NCBI GenBank assembly: GCA_035193785.1
Contig: CP136572.1
Location: forward strand, 4,180,578-4,244,577
Source: Planktothrix sp. GU0601_MAG3
GTDB lineage: Bacteria > Cyanobacteriota > Cyanobacteriia > Cyanobacteriales > Microcoleaceae
DNA: 64,000 nt
Reading direction: 5' to 3'
A model generated the notes under the pieces. The model was not told where the DNA came from and did no database searches. It worked only from the letters and a program-made list of their open reading frames with translations. This document shows, piece after piece, positions 35,491-47,244 of this stretch. A program made the position numbers and the translations under genes. Positions within the stretch are counted from its first letter, which is position 1. Every line of letters begins with the position of its first letter.

Positions 35491-37450
35491 TTAATCATTC
35501 AGGACTTGATAAATATTAATTAACTGTTGACGTCCGTGCAATTGAACACGACCAACATAACAGGTAGGAAACTTACTATCAATTTGTTTATGGGTTTCTT
35601 CATTAATTAATATTCGACAGATTCCTTGATCATAAAACGATTTATCATAACTTTCTAAGCGAGCAGCAATATTAACACTATCCCCTAAAGTTGTGTATTC
35701 CATGCGTTGAGAACTTCCCAAGCTTCCGGTTACGACAACTCCAGTTGCAATCCCAATTCTCATGGAAATTATAGGTTGATTTTGTTGTTTCCAATGTTGA
35801 TTCAGAGATCGCAATTTTTCCCCCATTGCTAAAGCACAGGATACCGCCGATGTAGCATCTTGAGCAATTTCTTGATCGGAATTTCTAGGAATAGGAACCC
35901 CAAAAACCGCCATCACAGCATCCCCCATAAATTTATCCACAACTCCATCATGTTCAAACACAGTATTAGCCATAGCATTCATATATTCATTTAACCAATC
36001 CATTAACATAGCTGGTTTCCATTTGTTCCGCAATGGTACTAAATCCTCTAATATCAGTAAATAGGACAGTAGCAATCATTTTCTGCCCCATGATTTGACC
36101 TTTTTCTAATAAATCCTCTCGATTTTGCCAAATAGTTTCAGCAATTTTGGGAGTCACATAACGTTGAAATAAAGTCATCACCATTTTTCGGTCTTGACGT
36201 TCAACATTAGCAATATAAGCTGTGACCACCATTCCCGAACTAACTAATGCTAATAAAGGAGAAATTAGGGGAAGCCACCAACCACTTAAAAAAGCCCAGT
36301 AGGAAATCAGAATTAAACCTCCCGTAGCTAAAATCAAACAATAAGCCGTCCAACGGGTTCCCCCATAAACCCAGCCTAAGCTACTACCTAAAGTTGACCA
36401 AACAAATACCCAAAACCACTCCATTCGATCTGACCAAACATAAATTAAAGGCCGTCCATCTAGGGCACTACTGATGATTTTACTGGCAATATTGGCATGA
36501 ATAATTACCCCGGGAGTGCGATCGCTGATACTAAATAAATTACTGGTATAGGGAGTAAAAAATAAGTCATTTAAACTTTGGGCAAAGGGGCCAATTAATA
36601 CAATTTTATTTTTAAAAAAATCCGGGGGAACTTGATTATTTAAAACCTGCGTTATCGAAATTGTTTTAAAATTATCCTGCGATCCTCGATAATTTAATAG
36701 GATTTGATACCCCTTATCATCGGCGCGAACATAACCGCCATCATTTTTAGTAAATCTAATAAATTCGGCTTTTCCTAATTTCACCTGATGATTTGTTGTC
36801 ATTTCCGGTGTCACTCCTTGAGCTTCTAAATACATCAGAGCAACCCGCGCCCCCAAATTAAGAATTGTAGGACTATTCGGAGGTTTTATGGATAATAATG
36901 CTCGACGAACTTTACCATCCGCATCCAAAATTAAATCCGCCGCCCCCACTTGATCTTTCTCTTTTAAGATGGGTGGGGGTTCAATAGAAGCTCGATTTTG
37001 ATCCTCAACAACTTTTTCTACACCGATTAAATTTGGAGTGGTTTTAAAAACATTAACTAAATCCTTATTCCCGGGTTCAACGGGTAAATTCCTATAAATA
37101 TCTAAGCCAATAGCAACGGGTTTTTGTTGCTGGATTTTTGTAATTAACTTTGCTAAAATAGCATCGGGAATCGGCCATTGTCCGAGCTTTTTTAAATCCG
37201 GTTCATCAATCGTGACAATCACAATTCGAGGGTCGGGAGCTTCCAGAGATCGCCAACGGACAAATTGATCAAAAGTTGCCCAATCTAAAAGTTGTAAAAA
37301 CCCCGTACTTTGCAAGGTAATGACTGAAGCGGTTATCAATGGACTTAACCATAAATAACGAAATAACTTCAGTCCTTGCCAAGAAACTCCCAATTTTAAA
37401 GTATGAAGTCTGAAGGCTATTTTTTTTTGTTTCATAACTTCATACTTCAT
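35491..37450 (-). CDS. CHASE2-domain class III adenylate/guanylate cyclase (frameshift near 36015)
   Basis: QWPIPD, IGLDIYR, PGVIIHA and three TM segments, then LFTDIRGFS, DKFMGDAVMA and GDSVNIAARLES. Confidence 0.92.
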
Positions 37451-37466
37451 GGGAGTTAAACCTTAA

Positions 37467-38280
37467 TTAATTATCAAGGGCATTCACAAAGGGTTGATTA
37501 GCGATCGCTTCTAAACCCACGGATTCCAAAAGTTGTTTCCATTCCTGAGTTAAATTGCTATCGGTCGGTTGAGTTTGACGCAATTTAGCTAAGGTGGCTA
37601 AACTCTCAAACCAAATCCCATTTTCAGCATAAATTTTAGCCTGTTCTAAGGGTTTAGCTTGTTGCAATTTTGCTGTTAAGCTGGCATCGGGTTCGGTTCT
37701 TTTAATTTCCCCAGTCACAAACACGACTTTCGGTTCGGTGGTATTTTCCGCATTACAAATTACCCCAAATGACCAACGATAGGTTTGACCAACTTTTAAC
37801 GGTGGGGTGTCTTTGGGAATTTCAATACTAACAATTCCCTGTTGATCAGAAATCGCTATATTGGTTTGATAAATGTCGTTGTTGTTTTGATCTTTTAGAC
37901 TAAAAGCGGCTTTGGTTGCCGGAATTGGGGGAATATAAAAAAAGAAGGTCGGAGTTGCCGCCATCGTCAACCCTTTAATGTCCGTTTGTTTGCTATTCGC
38001 TTGGGTCGAAAAAGCCGGAAACTAAAGCCATTAAGGGGGGGTTGATGCCCTGGGCCATATTAGGGCATTGACCGCGAGAACCTCCCCCGGCGGTGCGGCT
38101 GGGCATTCCTTCCCCGGCTGGGGGTTCAAAGGCCATACTGATTTGGATGCCCTCAGCACTTTGAGGCTGGGCGATAACGGACAGTTGAGGAACAAAAACC
38201 CCTCCCACAAAGGTCAGGAGAGACAGGCTAATCAAATGTTGGTGCAAATGTTTCCGTGGCATAGAAGTATGAGTCTCCAA
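37467..38280 (-). CDS. DUF928 domain protein (frameshift near 38015)
   Basis: Signal peptide, GGGSRG, PTFFFYIP, YAENGIWFESL and WKQLLESVGL. Confidence 0.85.
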
Positions 38281-38440
38281 AGAATACCAATAAATTATGG
38301 AATCAGATTCAACGGGACTGGTTTTAGATGAATTTGTCCCGGGCGATGCACTAATATTTTGATTTTATCAAAACCCTATCTGAAAACAAGCATAGCAATC
38401 GCCCTAAAAGCTTTCATAACCTACATTCAGGGTGACAAAT

Positions 38441-40982
38441 TTATTGCCAATTTCCCACTAAAATAAAGGGAGCCCAATAATAAGGATCTTGATATTCAGG
38501 CTGCTGTAACAGTTTTAACTGGGCTTGACGCAGGGCTTGGGATTTAGTAACTTGGGGCCGGATTAATTCTCGATAAAATTCCGCCATCAAGGAGGCAGTG
38601 GAGGCATCATTAACTTGCCAGAGGGTTGCCAAGGTACTCCGCGCCCCAGAAACGCACGGCTACTCCCGCTAATCCTAGGGCGGCTCGTTGATCTCCGGTT
38701 GCAGTCTCGCAGGCACTCAAGACTAATAATTCTACAGGGTTTTGTTCTCCGGGTTGGCGACTGCGCAGCAGATAATCTAAGTCTTTAACATTAATTCGAC
38801 TTTCCCAAGTTAATAAAAATGTATCTTCGGCTTTGGAACTAAATTGTCCATGGGTGGCTAAATGTACTATGGGAAATGGGGTTTTTTGAATTTGTTGTTG
38901 CACCGCATCCCGGGTAAATTGTTGATTTAATAAAACTTTTGTGGGAATATTTTCTTGAATTTGTTGGATTTCTGTGGCGACCGCAGGTAGGGCGGAAAAA
39001 CCTTGGCGGGCTTCACTTAATCCAAGGGTTAAGCTTTGCAGTTGATTGGGTTTTAGGGAGCGAGAAGCTAGAAGTTTTAAACCCGGAGTTAGGGCTAAAT
39101 TATAGTTTTCAACAAGATATTTTTTGCCGTCATATAGGGCAGCCATGGGGATATTCCGCAGGGAACCATCTAAGACAAAAACTAAGGTTTTAATCGAATT
39201 ATTTTTGAGATCCTGTTCAGCCGCACGAATCAGCAATTCATAAACCTGTTGAGATAATTTTATTCGCTCTTTTGTGGAAAAAATTGGTTGGAAAGATAGT
39301 CGTAATTCTCGCAGAATATTTTCAACTTGTTCTTGAGGAATTGTGGTAGAATGGTGTTGTAATGGTTTACCAGGAATTGAGATAATTACTTCTAAACGAT
39401 TCGCTAAAATGATCGGATAAATTATGGCAGCTTGGGGATCTATTTGATCAATTTGTTGGGGTTTAATTTCTTGATCTAAACAGGCTTCTTGGAAGAAGTT
39501 ATCGAGTTCTGCAATCTGTAGGGATTCTATCAGTTCCCGGGCAATTTTTAGGTTGTCTTGAGTGGGAGATTGTAAAATTAAATCGACTAATTCTCGATAG
39601 ACAGGTTCCACACTTTCCCGAAAGGAAAACTGCACATTTTGGTCAATGGTTACTAGGTCTTTTCTCAGGGATTTTAGGTTATTAACAGCCTCTGTATAGG
39701 CGGCGATCGCTTCGTTTTTGCGATTTTGTTGTTTCAGCAGTCTTCCTAACTGCCATTGCCATTGATAGGCAATATCGGAGGCATTAATAGATTGGGCAAT
39801 TAACAAGGCTTTTTCTGTTAACTCTTGGGATTTTAAGGGTTGTTGGTTTTGTTCATAAAACTTGCCCAAACTTCCTAATGCGTAGGATTCTGCTCGCAAG
39901 TCCTGTAGGTTTTTAGCATCTTGAATCGCCGTATTGATTAGGGCAATAACTTCCGAAAAATCACCCTCTTTTTCAGCTTTTATCAAATAATTACTAAAAT
40001 TAACTTTAGCATAAATTGAACTCCGACTAACGGGAACTTCAGGCAGAAAAGATTTAATTTGACTCGATAAATTTTCTGCTTCTGGTTGTTTATTTAGGTC
40101 AATCAGCAAGCTATATTGATTAATTAAAGCCTGGATTTTTCCCAAGGCATCTGGGGCAGTTTTCGCGGCATTTTGATAATATTCTAAAGCCAGATCTAAA
40201 TTATTTTGACTGCGATTAAGATTAGCTAAACTTAAATATAATTGACTTGATAGTTGCTGGTTATTTAAGGTTTTAGCTAATTCTAAGCTTTGTTTTAAAA
40301 CTGTTTCAGAAGTTGTTAAATCTCCCACCTGTTTTAAGGTATTTCCTAAACTTAGTAGGGCTGTAGCTTTAATTAAAGAATCCGGTTGAGATTTGAGAGT
40401 TTCGTTAACTTCTGTTAAAGTCTTTAAAGATTGTCGATAAAGCCCTAAACTTTGTAAAGCAATTGATTGATTAATTTGATTGGTGATTTTTCCTAGAAAA
40501 TTTCCCGCTTTTAGATAAAGTTCAAGGGATTGTTTCCAGGTTTTAATTGCCTGTTCGGGCTGTCCTATTGCTAGTTGTAATTGACCTTGAATATCTAAGA
40601 TTTGAGCTAGAATTAAAGGTTTTTTAGAAAAGGATGAATCCTGAATTAATCCCAAACTTGACTCCAGGGTTTTTTCGGCTTTCTCCCATTGTCCTAATTG
40701 CTGAAAAACCAAAGATAGGTTACTTAAAGCGATTGCTTGATTCACCCGATCTCCTTGTTCAGAAAAGCCTAAAATTGCCCGTTGTAAAACTTCCGCCGAT
40801 TCCGTATATTGTCCCTGAGTATAATATTGTTTTCCTTGTTGAAATAAAGCCTGGGGATCAATAGTATTATTTTGAACAATAGTGTAGTTTTTCAGGGGTT
40901 GCAAATCTCCTAAACTTAAGGTAAAATTATTGAAGAATACAATAGGTAAAATCCCTAACCTCATTAAACCTTTATTAAACAT
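38441..40982 (-). CDS. Secreted TPR-CHAT (caspase-like) protein (frameshift near 38650)
   Basis: TPR region, HLATHGQF, LVLSACETATGD, TLWQVND and PYYWAPFILVGNW. Confidence 0.92.
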
Positions 40983-41093
40983 AATTAACCTCTTTATCTA
41001 TTTCCCGTTCTCTGCTATACTACAATAATCAATTGATTCTAACAGGATCAGTTATTGTTTTTCTTTTGGTTATTAAAGTTTATATGGGGAAAA

Positions 41094-42080
41094 ATGGCTA
41101 ACTTATTAGTGACCGGGGTGGCAGGATTTATTGGATTTCACCTGTGTCAACGTTTGTTAGACCGAGGGGACACCATCATTGGAATTGATAACCTCAGTGA
41201 TTATTATGATATTTCTCTCAAACAAGCCCGTTTAGAACAGTTAAAAAACCGAGTAGGATTTTCTTTTGAAAAACTAGATTTAGCTGATAGACAGGGAGTC
41301 AATAAGTTATTTACTCAGGGAAATTTTGAACAAGTTGCCCATCTTGCCGCCCAAGCCGGGGTAAGATATTCTTTAAAAAATCCCTATGCTTATATTGATA
41401 GTAACCTAGTGGGATTTCTTAATATTTTAGAAGGGTGTCGCCATGCCCAAATTCAACATTTAGTTTATGGGTCTTCGAGTTCTGTTTATGGGGCGAATAA
41501 AAAAATCCCATTTTCAGTAGAAGATAACGTAGATTATCCGATTAGTTTATATGCAGCAACCAAAAAATCTAATGAATTAATCGCCCATAGTTACAGCCAT
41601 TTGTATCAAATTCCGATGACAGGATTGCGATTTTTTACTGTTTATGGGCCCTGGGGTCGTCCTGATATGGCGATGTTTATTTTTACAAAAGCAATTCTCG
41701 AAGAAACACCCATTGATGTGTTTAATTATGGCAAAATGCAACGGGATTTTACTTATGTTGATGATATCGTAGAAGGAGTAATTAGAACATTAGATAGAAT
41801 TCCCCAACCAGGTGAAAATCCCCACACAAATGCACCCTATAAACTGTATAATATTGGGAATAATAAACCAATTGAATTATTACATTTGATTGAAGTCTTA
41901 GAAACGGTATTAGGTAAATCTGCCATCAAAAATTTCATGCCCATTCAACCCGGAGATGTCCCGATAACCTATGCGGATGTCGATGCTTTAATTCAAGATG
42001 TAGAATTTCAACCCAATACTTCAATAGAAGTTGGAGTCCAACGATTTGTAGAGTGGTATCGTTCCTATTATCGGGTTTAA
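41094..42080 (+). CDS. NAD-dependent epimerase (UDP-glucuronate 4-epimerase-like)
   Basis: [24 protein letters not shown] and [10 protein letters not shown]. Confidence 0.9.
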   Translation: MANLLVTGVAGFIGFHLCQRLLDRGDTIIGIDNLSDYYDISLKQARLEQLKNRVGFSFEKLDLADRQGVNKLFTQGNFEQVAHLAAQAGVRYSLKNPYAYIDSNLVGFLNILEGCRHAQIQHLVYGSSSSVYGANKKIPFSVEDNVDYPISLYAATKKSNELIAHSYSHLYQIPMTGLRFFTVYGPWGRPDMAMFIFTKAILEETPIDVFNYGKMQRDFTYVDDIVEGVIRTLDRIPQPGENPHTNAPYKLYNIGNNKPIELLHLIEVLETVLGKSAIKNFMPIQPGDVPITYADVDALIQDVEFQPNTSIEVGVQRFVEWYRSYYRV

Positions 42081-42198
42081 AAATAGCATTTTTAGGGTAA
42101 AATAGGAAACCATAGAAACTGTTTTTTGGGATTGCTAACAGAGGAAAACCGTACTTCATAGGTTGGGATATACAACCTAGAGGGGATTGCCTAGTTTA

Positions 42199-42216
42199 TT
42201 TACAATTCGTTACAAT
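42199..42216 (+). promoter_or_regulatory. Perfect HLR1 (RpaB) motif upstream of the site-2 protease
   Basis: TTTACAAT-TC-GTTACAAT matches (G/T)TTACA(T/A)(T/A)-N2-(G/T)TTACA(T/A)(T/A). Confidence 0.65.
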
Positions 42217-42276
42217 GGGTTTATGAAAGACCAGAGGTTGAATCTATCTTCTGGATTAGTATAAGAGGTAGCCAAC

Positions 42277-43398
42277 ATGAATGGCTCTATTCGCGTCGGT
42301 AATTTATTCGGTATTCCATTTTATATTAACCTTTCTTGGTTTCTAATTCTGGCTTTAATGACCCTCAGTTATGGGGGAAATTTGGGATCTCAATTTCCCC
42401 AATTAGGTTTAGGACTGTCATTATTTCTCGGATTAATTGCCGCATTACTTCTATTTGCTTCGGTTTTAGCCCATGAATTAGGACATAGTTTTGTAGCAAT
42501 CAAACAAGGAATTCAGGTTAAATCCATCACGTTATTTTTATTTGGGGGATTAGCAGGTTTAGACCAAGAAGCAAAAACCCCCGGTGGGGCTTTTTGGATT
42601 GCCATTGCTGGGCCGTTAGTTAGTTTATTGTTATTTTTGGGGTTGAATTTTATTGGCTCCTATTTGCTAATAAATGGGGCTTTATCGGCCTTAGTTAGTC
42701 TCCTAGCTTATGTTAATTTAGCCCTAGCGGTCTTTAATTTAATTCCCGGTTTACCCCTCGATGGTGGGAATATTCTCAAGGCGTTGGTTTGGAAAATTAC
42801 CGGGAATCAATATCAGGGGACTGTATTTGCCAGTCGGTCGGGTCAAGGATTAGGTTTAATCGGAATTTCATTGGGATTTTTACCTCTGTTAACCTCCGGT
42901 GGGTCTCCTAATTTCTGGACAGTTTTGATTGGGTGGTTTGTATTTAGTAATGCGGGGGTTTTAGCCAAAGATGCCAAACTGCGGAATAAATTATCGGGTT
43001 TTACCGCCGAGGATGCTTTAGTTAATCAAAATTCCGTGGTTTCTCAAGACACTTCATTAAGAAACTTTGTCAATGATTATATTATTGGGAAACCTGCCAT
43101 TGCACAATTTTTAGTCATCAATAACGAAGGAAAATTAGTCGGTCAAATTAGCGGAGATGACCTCAAACTGATTCCCACTTCCCATTGGCCGTTAACTGAT
43201 ATTGAAACCGTGATGAAACCCGTTGAGTTGACAACAATTATTGATGCCAAACAATCCCTGTTAGAAGTCGTGAATTTACTGGAACAACAACAGTTAAATG
43301 AAGTCGCCGTGGTTCGGAATGGGGTGTTGGTGGGATTCATTGAAAAAGCATCAATTCGTCGGTTATTAGATGAATCTTTGCAAGCTAATCCCGCTTAA
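42277..43398 (+). CDS. Site-2 protease (M50) with CBS domains
   Basis: HELGH, AGPLVS and NLIPGLPLDGG, with a C-terminal CBS pair. Confidence 0.92.
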   Translation: MNGSIRVGNLFGIPFYINLSWFLILALMTLSYGGNLGSQFPQLGLGLSLFLGLIAALLLFASVLAHELGHSFVAIKQGIQVKSITLFLFGGLAGLDQEAKTPGGAFWIAIAGPLVSLLLFLGLNFIGSYLLINGALSALVSLLAYVNLALAVFNLIPGLPLDGGNILKALVWKITGNQYQGTVFASRSGQGLGLIGISLGFLPLLTSGGSPNFWTVLIGWFVFSNAGVLAKDAKLRNKLSGFTAEDALVNQNSVVSQDTSLRNFVNDYIIGKPAIAQFLVINNEGKLVGQISGDDLKLIPTSHWPLTDIETVMKPVELTTIIDAKQSLLEVVNLLEQQQLNEVAVVRNGVLVGFIEKASIRRLLDESLQANPA

Positions 43399-43420
43399 AA
43401 TTAGTCGATCATATCCCGCC

Positions 43421-43448
43421 GTAGAGACGCGCCATGGCGCGTCTCTAC
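43421..43448. repeat. GTAG-tagged REP palindrome
   Basis: Perfect 28-bp palindrome gtagagacgcgccatggcgcgtctctac. Confidence 0.85.
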
Positions 43449-43451
43449 AAA

Positions 43452-44009
43452 CTAAAGTAACCAAGTGCTATCAGAAAAATCCTGATTGGAAAGGGGTTGG
43501 GTGGTGGAAGAATAGGGACGACGGGCTAATGGATGGGCCTTGGGTTTTTCGATGGCTTTCGGGGGCAAAGGTAAGGGTTGAACTTTAGGTTCTAAGGCGG
43601 TTTTTAACGATTCATTTTCTTGTTTTAGGGTTTTCAATTCGGCAATTAATTTAGAATTTACCTCAGATAATTGTAAGGCTGCTTCTTGAGCTTTTTGTAA
43701 TTTTCCTTTTAAATCCGATTCTTGAATTTCAGTTTTCATCCGAGCAATAAATTGATTTCTTTCATCTAATTCAGTTTGTAATTGTAACACTTTTTCTTGA
43801 AGCGATCGCTCTTGATTTTGAATCGTTTCTAAAGCCGATTTCAACTCAACTATTTTCTCCTCCAAGTCCAATTGGATCACCGATATTGTGGGTGAAGCTG
43901 TCGATTCAGTCACCACCACACTTTCATTCGGGACAATTTCCACTTCAGCCGTTGAACCTTTTTCCGTTTCCTGGCGTACCATATCAGAAAGACGTTTCCG
44001 CACCATCAT
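43452..44009 (-). CDS. Hypothetical coiled-coil protein
   Basis: RKRLSDMVRQE N-terminus and a heptad-rich core. Confidence 0.65.
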   Translation of the reverse strand: MMVRKRLSDMVRQETEKGSTAEVEIVPNESVVVTESTASPTISVIQLDLEEKIVELKSALETIQNQERSLQEKVLQLQTELDERNQFIARMKTEIQESDLKGKLQKAQEAALQLSEVNSKLIAELKTLKQENESLKTALEPKVQPLPLPPKAIEKPKAHPLARRPYSSTTQPLSNQDFSDSTWLL

Positions 44010-44140
44010 TCTTCCCCTTGAATGAGTATTGATTTCCAAATCATAACCTTAATCTGCCCTGGAGAGACAATAAAAAAGGGAATCAGGAAAGACTTTAACA
44101 TTCCTTGATTCCCCAAAATCTCAATAACATCTAAATTAAA

Positions 44141-44762
44141 TCAAGGTTCAACAATAACCGGAGTCCCGACATCAACCTGTTCAAATAAGGCAACAACATC
44201 CTCATTTCGCATCCGCACACAGCCATGGGAAGCCGCCTGTCCAATGGAGTTTACCGTTGGGGTTCCATGGAATCCAATCGCATCTTTTCCATCTGTCCAG
44301 AAGCCAATCCAACGCAATCCCAAGGCCGTATTTGGCCCGGGCGAACGGACTTCTCCCGTCCAGGGATCTTGCCAAACGGGGTTTTCAATTTTTTGCATGA
44401 CTTTAAAATTCCCGGTTGGGGTTTCCCATCCCGCTTTCCCCACCGCCACCGGATAACTAGCAACCACCTGTTCTCCTTGATACAAATAAACCCGGCGCTG
44501 GCCTAACCGTAAAACTAAACGTTTCGGCTGTTTCTAGGGATGGCAAAAACAAGCCCGGGTCATCCAGGGGGGGAACCATGGGGTTTAGGGACTGACTCGG
44601 AATAATTGGAATAGGGTTAGAGGAAGCCGCACTCAGGGTCTCCGGGGCGGGGGCGGTTTGGGATGTACCGGGTTGCTGTACCCCCAAAAATAACGCGGCG
44701 GTTGCGATACCAGCGCCGACTAAATATTGAAATAAACCTTGAGCGCTGACTTTGATGGTCAT
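44141..44762 (-). CDS. L,D-transpeptidase, YkuD family (frameshift near 44520)
   Basis: YPVAVGK, TPTG, GFHGT and SHGCVRM. Confidence 0.9.
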
Positions 44763-44887
44763 ATTTGACTCCTCACTTAGAAATAATATTTAGTATTTAC
44801 AAAATACGACTGGGCAAAAATCAAACTGTTCCTTAATTGCAAAGTATAATAGCAAGGCAGCAGCGAGTTACTGCCCCAATTTTATAT

Positions 44888-45994
44888 TTATTTTTTCTTT
44901 TGCAATTCCTTTAAGGCAGCTTGAGCTTTTTGTACCCCTTCCGTATTTCCTTGTTGTTGATAAAGTTCCAGAGCTTTTTGGAAAAATGTGATCGCCTGTG
45001 ACTCCCGGCTCCCCCGACCTTTAATGGCCATTCCCATATTAAAATGGGCGGAAGCATCCTCGGGATTATTTTCAATTACCCGACGGTAACTAATAATTGC
45101 CCCGACATAATCTTCTTTTGCCAGTTGAATTTCACCGAGGGCTGCATTCGCCGCCATCAGGGTCGGTTTTAGGGCTAAAGCCCGTTGATAGGCTTGGCTG
45201 GCGGCTTCTAAGTTCTGTTCTACCCTAAAAATTTCCCCGATTTGGAATTGCACATCGCCATCCCGGGGGGCCAGTTGGGCGGCTTTTTCAAAGGCGGCAA
45301 TTCCGCCATTGCGATCGCCATATTTGAGTAAGGCGGCCCCCAATTTAATCTGGACACTAGCTTCATTCGGGGCTAACATCTCCGCCTGTTGCAGCACTTC
45401 TAAAGCCTTCATCACGTTTTCTTGCTTCAGAAAAGCCATGCCCATAGAAGCATAGGCTTGCCAATTCCTCGGATCAACGGTCAGCAGGGTTTGATAGGCT
45501 CGGATTGCCCCCGCATAGTCTCCTTTTCGGAATAGGGTAGCCGCCAATCCCTGGTGAGCCGGGATGTTGTCCCGTTTGAGCATGGTGGCCCGACGATAGG
45601 CGTCCGCCGCCGCATCATATTGTTGTAAATTGGCGAGGGTAAACCCTAAACCATACTGAAAATCGGCATTATTGGGTTCTAGGATTAAGGCGTTTTGATA
45701 ATATTGGGCGGCTACTTGGAAGTTACCGCGTAATGCTTCTAGGTAGGCAATCCCGGAATAAATTTTGGGGTTTCTAGGATCTAAGGTAACGGCCTGGGTA
45801 TAGATGCTAATGGCACTTTCCACATCTCCCGAATCCACCAACTTCCGACCCTGTTCTAACAAATCATTAAGCTGTTTGTTAGCTTGGGGGTTGGCTTGAG
45901 CTACAATTTCCGTAGCTTGAGCAATTTGGGGTGTACTTATGGCAAGCAAGCCAGCAAATACACTAATAACAAATAATTGAGTTCTATTTGACAC
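44888..45994 (-). CDS. Secreted TPR protein
   Basis: Signal peptide and multiple TPR repeats. Confidence 0.85.
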   Translation of the reverse strand: MSNRTQLFVISVFAGLLAISTPQIAQATEIVAQANPQANKQLNDLLEQGRKLVDSGDVESAISIYTQAVTLDPRNPKIYSGIAYLEALRGNFQVAAQYYQNALILEPNNADFQYGLGFTLANLQQYDAAADAYRRATMLKRDNIPAHQGLAATLFRKGDYAGAIRAYQTLLTVDPRNWQAYASMGMAFLKQENVMKALEVLQQAEMLAPNEASVQIKLGAALLKYGDRNGGIAAFEKAAQLAPRDGDVQFQIGEIFRVEQNLEAASQAYQRALALKPTLMAANAALGEIQLAKEDYVGAIISYRRVIENNPEDASAHFNMGMAIKGRGSRESQAITFFQKALELYQQQGNTEGVQKAQAALKELQKKK

Positions 45995-46175
45995 GGCCTA
46001 TTTTGTGTGAGAAGTTGAGCGAGTTGTCACAGGAGTTCCTAACCGATGGTTAGGGGTGAGATTGATACTGACATACTTCGGGCCATTTGTGAAGCTATCC
46101 GGTTGATCGGATTTCCCCGATTTTTGGGGGTGGGATCTTTCCTCTGGCTGGTCAATTTTATTTAACCTAGGATTT

Positions 46176-46249
46176 GATCCCCCTAAATCCCCCTTAAAAA
46201 GGGGGACTTTGACTTTCCGCTTCCCTTACTAAGGGGGGTCAGGGGGATC
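46176..46249. repeat. Doublet of GATC-tagged CCCCCTT-N3-AAGGGGG palindromes
   Basis: gatccccctaaatcccccttaaaaaggggg ... cccttactaaggggggtcagggggatc; same family as 62227-62882. Confidence 0.8.
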
Positions 46250-46317
46250 TTTCCGTTGTTCAAGTCAAATTATTGTTAGTTTCCCAGTCTATTTTTAACC
46301 TTTTATTTGATTCTTCT

Positions 46318-47154
46318 ATGCGATCGCCCCAACCCCGCAAACAATTCGCTCAACATTGGTTACGCAGCGAAAAAGCCTTGAGTAAAATTGTTAAATCTGC
46401 CCTATTATCCCCATCGGATTGCCTCTTGGAAATTGGCCCAGGAACGGGGATTTTAACCACGCAATTATTATCGGTAGCTCGGTCGGTTGTAGCTGTGGAA
46501 ATTGATCGGGATTTATCTCAAAATTTAGTTAAAAGATTCGGTAATCGGGATAATTTTTTATTACTAGAAGGAGATATTCTCACCTTAGATATTCCGGGTC
46601 AACTCCAAGGTTTTCCTAATTTCCAAAATCCGAATAAAGTCGTTGCCAATATTCCCTATAATATTACTGGGCCGATTGTTGAACAATTGTTAGGAACAAT
46701 TTCTGAGCCTAATCCTCACCCTTATGAATTAATTGTACTATTAGTTCAAAAAGAAGTCGCCCAACGCATCACCGCCAATGCTGGGTCTAAAACCTTTGGG
46801 GCGTTGTCGGTGCGAGTCCAATATCTGGCCAAGTGTGAATATATCTGTGATGTCCCCGCCAAGGCTTTTTATCCGGCCCCTAAAGTCGATTCTGCCGTAC
46901 TGCGTTTAAGTCCCCGTCCCATTGCCCATCCCGCCACCAGCCCGCAATATTTGGAAACCTTACTCAAATTAGGATTTTCCAGTAAACGAAAAATGTTAAG
47001 AAATAATTTACAAAGTGTGATCAGTCGAGATCAATTAACCCAATTACTGGAACAATTAGAGATTAACCCCCAAGTTCGCGCCGAAGACCTCAGCGTTGAA
47101 CAATGGGTTAATTTAGCTAACTTAATGGAAATAACGGATTTAGTCACTGATTAA
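46318..47154 (+). CDS. rsmA: 16S rRNA dimethyltransferase RsmA/KsgA
   Basis: RKQFAQHWL, EIGPGTG, ANIPYNIT and FYPAPKVDS. Confidence 0.95.
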   Translation: MRSPQPRKQFAQHWLRSEKALSKIVKSALLSPSDCLLEIGPGTGILTTQLLSVARSVVAVEIDRDLSQNLVKRFGNRDNFLLLEGDILTLDIPGQLQGFPNFQNPNKVVANIPYNITGPIVEQLLGTISEPNPHPYELIVLLVQKEVAQRITANAGSKTFGALSVRVQYLAKCEYICDVPAKAFYPAPKVDSAVLRLSPRPIAHPATSPQYLETLLKLGFSSKRKMLRNNLQSVISRDQLTQLLEQLEINPQVRAEDLSVEQWVNLANLMEITDLVTD

Positions 47155-47184
47155 AAACAGTCTATCTATTTCCTTTCCCCCCCT

Positions 47185-47210
47185 GTAGAGACGTGCCACG
47201 GCGCGTCTAT
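47185..47210. repeat. Degenerate GTAG-REP copy
   Basis: gtagagacgtgccacggcgcgtctat resembles 43421-43448. Confidence 0.7.
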
Positions 47211-47244
47211 CTATCCGAATTTCCTGTTTTAATTCCGAATAAAA

